Assembly: GCA_902626605.1 (NCBI GenBank)
Contig: CACOFZ010000002.1
Location: 89,586-153,585, forward strand
Source of the DNA: an uncultured PS1 clade bacterium
GTDB taxonomy: Bacteria; Pseudomonadota; Alphaproteobacteria; MED-G09
Direction of reading: 5' to 3'
DNA length: 64,000 bases
Part shown: in pieces, positions 60,319 to 64,000 of the stretch
Layout: the number at the start of each line of letters is the position of its first letter
Numbering within the stretch: the stretch's first letter is position 1
Program-made: the position numbers and the translations under genes
Notes under the pieces: generated by a model
Told to the model about the DNA's origin: nothing
The model's input: the letters and a program-made list of their open reading frames with translations, nothing else
Database searches by the model: none

Positions 60319-62031
60319 CTACATACCTCCATATAAAGGGCCCTCTCCACCTTGAGGTGCAACCCAATTTATATTTTGAGAAGGATCTTTGATGTCACAT
60401 GTTTTACAATGGACACAGTTTTGAGCATTAATTTGTAAACAGTTTTCGTTATTTTCCCCCGATTTTATAATTTCATAAACTCCTGCAGGACAATATCGTT
60501 GGGCAGGCTCAGCATATTCCGGCAAATTAAAGCTTATTGGAATTGAAGTATCTTTTAAAGTTAAGTGACAAGGCTGATCTTCTTCATGGTTTGTATTTGA
60601 CAGAAAAACCGAGGATAATTTATCAAAAGAAAATTCTCCATCTGGTTTTGGATATTCTATTTCTTCACAATCAGAAGCTTTTCTTAATGTTTTATAGTCT
60701 GGTTTATTATGGCCAAGTGTGAATGGCATTGTAATACCAAAAGTACTAAGCCACATATCGAAACCACTCAAAAGTGTACCAAGCAAGGGACCGTATCTTG
60801 ATTGATAAGGCTTAACATTTCTTACTTTTTTAAGTTCTTTAAAAATTCTACTTTTTTCATATCTTTGCTGGTAATTATCAAGATCATTGCTTTCGTCTTG
60901 GTTTATTTTTTTTTCAATTATAGCTTCTGCTGCTAACATCCCAGATTCCATAGCATTGTGTGTGCCTTTAATTTTTGGATAATTTAAGAAACCAGCTGAA
61001 CATCCAATTAAAGCACCTCCAGGAAAATTTAGCTTAGGAACTGACTGATATCCTCCAGTTGTAATTGCCCTAGCACCATAAGATAGTCTTTTTCCTCCTT
61101 TAAGAATTTTTTTAACTGAAGGATGTGTCTTAAATTGTTGGAATTCGTCAAAAGGTGATGCATAGGGATTCGTATAATTTAAATGAATTACATAACCAAT
61201 TGAAACTAGATTATGATCAAAGTGATATAAGAAAGAACCACCATTTGTACCATCGCTTAAAGGCCACCCCATAGAATGTTCAACGAGACCCTCAGAAAAA
61301 TTTTCCTCCTGAATTTCCCAAACCTCTTTAAGACCAATTGCATATTTCTGAAAATCTTTTCCATCTGAGAGATTAAAATTATCAATCAAAAATTTAGACA
61401 GCGATCCTCTTGTTCCTTCGGAAAATAAAGTAAATTTGGCATGTAACTCCATTCCTGCTTCCCAGGAGTCTTTTGCTCCTCCCTCTCTAGAAACACCCAT
61501 ATCTCCTGTGGCGACACCTTTAACACTATTATCATTATTAAATAATACCTCAGCAGCACTAAACCCTGGATAAATTTCTACGCCTAAACCTTCTGCAACC
61601 TCACCTAACCACTTACAAACACTTCCAAGACTTACAATATAATTGCCATGATTTTTCATCAGAGGAGGCAGCATTATCTGAGGTATGGAAAAAGACCAAT
61701 CTTTACCAAAATACGAAAGTTTATCTTTTTTAACTTTTGTTTTTATGGGACTATCCATTGCTTGCCAATCAGGAAGTAATCTATCAAGAGCAACGGTCTC
61801 TATAACTGCTCCTGATAAAATATGAGCACCTACTTCGCTAGATTTTTCTAATACACAAACAGATAGGTCCAAATCATTTTTTTGTGCTAGTTGTTTTAAT
61901 TGTATTGCCGCTGATAAACCTGCTGGACCAGCACCAACAATTAAAACATCGTACTCCATAGACTCACGAGACGAAGAATCTAAAACCTGGCCTTGTCTTG
62001 CGTTTACTTCGTTTAAAGGTAAATCACTCAT
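60319..62031 (-). CDS. Electron-transfer flavoprotein:ubiquinone oxidoreductase (ETF-QO)
   Basis: 570 aa with FAD motif VLIVGAGPAG and C-terminal 4Fe-4S ferredoxin cluster CVHCKTCDIKDP. Confidence 0.9.
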   Translation of the reverse strand: MSDLPLNEVNARQGQVLDSSSRESMEYDVLIVGAGPAGLSAAIQLKQLAQKNDLDLSVCVLEKSSEVGAHILSGAVIETVALDRLLPDWQAMDSPIKTKVKKDKLSYFGKDWSFSIPQIMLPPLMKNHGNYIVSLGSVCKWLGEVAEGLGVEIYPGFSAAEVLFNNDNSVKGVATGDMGVSREGGAKDSWEAGMELHAKFTLFSEGTRGSLSKFLIDNFNLSDGKDFQKYAIGLKEVWEIQEENFSEGLVEHSMGWPLSDGTNGGSFLYHFDHNLVSIGYVIHLNYTNPYASPFDEFQQFKTHPSVKKILKGGKRLSYGARAITTGGYQSVPKLNFPGGALIGCSAGFLNYPKIKGTHNAMESGMLAAEAIIEKKINQDESNDLDNYQQRYEKSRIFKELKKVRNVKPYQSRYGPLLGTLLSGFDMWLSTFGITMPFTLGHNKPDYKTLRKASDCEEIEYPKPDGEFSFDKLSSVFLSNTNHEEDQPCHLTLKDTSIPISFNLPEYAEPAQRYCPAGVYEIIKSGENNENCLQINAQNCVHCKTCDIKDPSQNINWVAPQGGEGPLYGGM

Positions 62032-62262
62032 GTCTTATCCTGTAACATAATTCGGCGCTCAAATAAAAGTTAAATAACACCATATTCAATAGTTTTTATT
62101 GTATTTATCAAATTAATTATATAAATTAGTATTATTTATAAAATAAATTATATAGAATTTACTATATCAATATCATAAAAATCTTAAAGTATAAAATAAT
62201 GTTATTTTTTCTTTTATAGTAAATATTTTAAATGATTTTTTAAAATAGTGATATCATCAAAT

Positions 62263-62982
62263 ATGCATAAATTTTTAGACGATCTTAAATGGCAAGTTGA
62301 AGCAGGTATCAATGAAGTTTTATCAGATTCACCAATAACATCCTACGAAGATAATAAAATAAAAGTAGATAAAAAAACTGAAAATACATTCTCTAATAAT
62401 CTTAATAATTTTGATAATTACAACGATTTATATAAATACCTTTCGAATTCAATAGAGTGTGAACTTAAAAATATTTCTAAAAATTCAATTAAAACCCAAG
62501 GTAATTTAAATTCAAAAATAATGATGATTACTAATATACCCTCACCTTTAGAGGACAAGGAGGGAAAGGTCTTAGTTGGTAAAAATTATAATTTATTTAT
62601 TAATATTCTATCATCAATAAATTTATCAATAGATAATCTATGTTTTACTCCAATTATTCCATGGAAAACTCCTGGTGAAAGAGAGTTAAATAAGAGTGAA
62701 ATTGAGTTATTGGTTCCATTTATAAAAAAACAAATTGAAATAATTAAACCAAAAATTCTTATTTTTTTAGGAGCTGACCCAATAAAATATATTCTTCAAA
62801 AGGACATTGGTATTTTAAACTCAAGAGGAAGTTTTTTAAATTATCGATATGGTGATAAAACTATTCCATGCTTGCCTATCCTTACGCCAGAATTTCTCAT
62901 TAGAAGACCTGAATACAAAAGAGAAACATGGAATGATTTAATAATGTTATCAAAAAAGATTAAGGAGTTAAATTTACAATGA
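62263..62982 (+). CDS. Uracil-DNA glycosylase superfamily protein, family-4-like with degenerate active-site motifs
   Basis: N-terminal LKWQVEAGINEVL resembles the alphaproteobacterial UDG4 N-terminal extension. Core is collinear with UDG4, but TNIPS sits in place of GE(A/G)PG, LTPEF in place of HPS, and there is no CxxC Fe-S cysteine set. Track start GTG 62248; first ATG 62263. Confidence 0.6.
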   Translation: MHKFLDDLKWQVEAGINEVLSDSPITSYEDNKIKVDKKTENTFSNNLNNFDNYNDLYKYLSNSIECELKNISKNSIKTQGNLNSKIMMITNIPSPLEDKEGKVLVGKNYNLFINILSSINLSIDNLCFTPIIPWKTPGERELNKSEIELLVPFIKKQIEIIKPKILIFLGADPIKYILQKDIGILNSRGSFLNYRYGDKTIPCLPILTPEFLIRRPEYKRETWNDLIMLSKKIKELNLQ

Positions 62983-63503
62983 CTGATGCTATCTCAGAAT
63001 TCATAAAACTTAATATCTGTATTTTAACTATTTCAAGCTCTAGGACTTTACAGAATGATAAATCAGGTGATGTTTTAGAGAAAAAAATTTCTGAATTTGG
63101 TCACTCAGTTTATGATAGAAAAATTATAAAAGATAACAAGGATGAAATACAAGAAAATATCATAAACTGGGGTAATGATAAAAATATTGATATAATAATA
63201 ACAACAGGTGGAACAGGATTAACTGGTAGCGATGTAACACCAGAGTCATTAGAGGAAATTTTTGAAAAAAATATTGATGGCTTTTCTGCTATTTTTCATA
63301 AAATTTCTTATGAAAAAATAAAAACGTCTACTATTCAATCTAGAGCAACTGCGGGTATATATAATAATAAGTTTATTTTTGCCTTACCCGGCTCACCTAA
63401 CGCGGTTGCAGATGGATGGGATGAAATTTTAAAATTCCAGTTAGATAGTAGGCATGAACCATGTAATTTTGTAGATATTATGCCAAGATTAAAAGAGGAT
63501 TAA
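62979..63503 (+). CDS. moaB: Molybdenum cofactor biosynthesis protein B (MoaB/MogA family)
   Basis: 174 aa with GGTGLTGSDVTPE and MogA/MoaB fold. RBS TAAGGAG. ATGA overlap with the upstream gene. Confidence 0.8.
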   Translation: MTDAISEFIKLNICILTISSSRTLQNDKSGDVLEKKISEFGHSVYDRKIIKDNKDEIQENIINWGNDKNIDIIITTGGTGLTGSDVTPESLEEIFEKNIDGFSAIFHKISYEKIKTSTIQSRATAGIYNNKFIFALPGSPNAVADGWDEILKFQLDSRHEPCNFVDIMPRLKED

Positions 63504-63506
63504 TAG

Positions 63507-63986
63507 CTATAGGTTATCCTTTAGATCGGAAATGCTTTTATCTATCAGTTCTGAAGCTATTTTATCATCAATATTTTCCTTCAAATACCCTTTTGCAATA
63601 ATCAATGATAATTCTGATGCTTTAGCCTTTACCTCTTTAATTGCTTCATCCCTAGCTTGAGCAATTTTAAGATCAGCCTGCTTTTGTTTTCTTTGAATTT
63701 CTTCTTTAAGTAAATTATTTGATTTTTCAGTTATTAAAGCAGCTTGTTCGGAGGCCTGTTTTAAAATCTCCTCAACCTCTGCATCACATTGTTCTAGTTT
63801 TCTTTTTTCTGTAGCAAGAAGCTTTTGTGCTTCTTCATGAAGGATTCTTGCCTCATCAAGTTCTTTTTTGATCTGCTCAGATCTATCGTCCAAAGACTTA
63901 ATAATTGTAGATGGAAGTCCTGCCCAAATAACAAAAACAACAAACAATATAAAAGATAAAGCTACAAAAAAAGTTGCATCAAACAT
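63507..63986 (-). CDS. atpF: F0F1 ATP synthase subunit b
   Basis: 159 aa with single N-terminal TM helix then a long charged coiled coil (ELDEARILHEEAQKLL...). Confidence 0.8.
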   Translation of the reverse strand: MFDATFFVALSFILFVVFVIWAGLPSTIIKSLDDRSEQIKKELDEARILHEEAQKLLATEKRKLEQCDAEVEEILKQASEQAALITEKSNNLLKEEIQRKQKQADLKIAQARDEAIKEVKAKASELSLIIAKGYLKENIDDKIASELIDKSISDLKDNL

Positions 63987-64000
63987 AAAAATCTACCTAC

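Noticed and set aside
1-64000. Search for tRNA/rRNA genes, CRISPR arrays, insertion sequences, integrases, and phage or toxin-antitoxin genes
   Set aside because: Apart from rnpB and the riboswitch there are no GC-rich structured islands. There are no arrays of regularly spaced direct repeats and no terminal inverted repeats flanking an ORF. No transposase, integrase or recombinase motifs appear in any translated frame.

Overview
The window is a 64 kb stretch of a very AT-rich (about 30% GC by eye), extremely compact bacterial chromosome. Gene content and order point to a streamlined marine alphaproteobacterium of the Pelagibacterales (SAR11-like) type. Evidence for that placement: the dcw-cluster head mraZ-rsmH-ftsL-ftsI, a CcrM-type adenine methyltransferase, a plant-type gshA, a Pseudomonas-type thrB next to ispH and rnhA, and a glycine-riboswitch-controlled gcvT-H-PA-PB operon. 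I call about 60 protein genes, almost all housekeeping: isoprenoid (dxs, ispA, ispB, ispE, ispH, ubiA), aromatic amino acid (aroC, class II DAHP synthase), NAD (nadA, nadC), Thr (thrB, thrC), glycine cleavage, rRNA/tRNA modification (rsmH, rsmE, rsmD, dusA, tadA, tsaC/Sua5, TrmN6-like, pseudouridine synthase), and a dispersed beta-oxidation set (four acyl-CoA dehydrogenases, an acyl-CoA ligase, an MFE-2-like SDR, ETF-QO). Coding density is above 95%. Convergent gene pairs abut or overlap by 0-8 nt with no room for terminators. RNA features: RNase P RNA (rnpB, minus strand, 2484-2841) with its own sigma70-like promoter, and a tandem glycine riboswitch (minus strand, 23940-24126) in front of gcvT. 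Regulatory DNA: an array of TGGGA direct repeats at exact 10-bp phase upstream of mraZ (MraZ-operator-like), and the only classical GC-rich intrinsic terminator in the window, after a 1038-aa TonB-dependent receptor. I found no rRNA, tRNA, CRISPR array, transposase, integrase or prophage. The items most worth a second look are listed here and detailed in the findings. (1) The TonB-dependent receptor gene is GC-richer than its surroundings, sits behind a 185-bp intergenic region, and is followed by a minimal Tat-secreted PhoD-type phosphatase. (2) A PPDK paralog is truncated after the phosphohistidine domain. (3) A family-4-like uracil-DNA glycosylase homolog has degenerate catalytic motifs and no Fe-S cysteines. 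(4) Two adjacent ACAD paralogs both lack the canonical C-terminal catalytic Glu. (5) The rnpB has a minimal P3 and a duplicated 16-nt element. (6) An orphan lipoprotein gene sits just upstream of the glycine riboswitch. I see no clear novel multi-gene system; the region reads as conserved core genome. All functional assignments are from reading motifs by eye in the supplied translations, without database searches.
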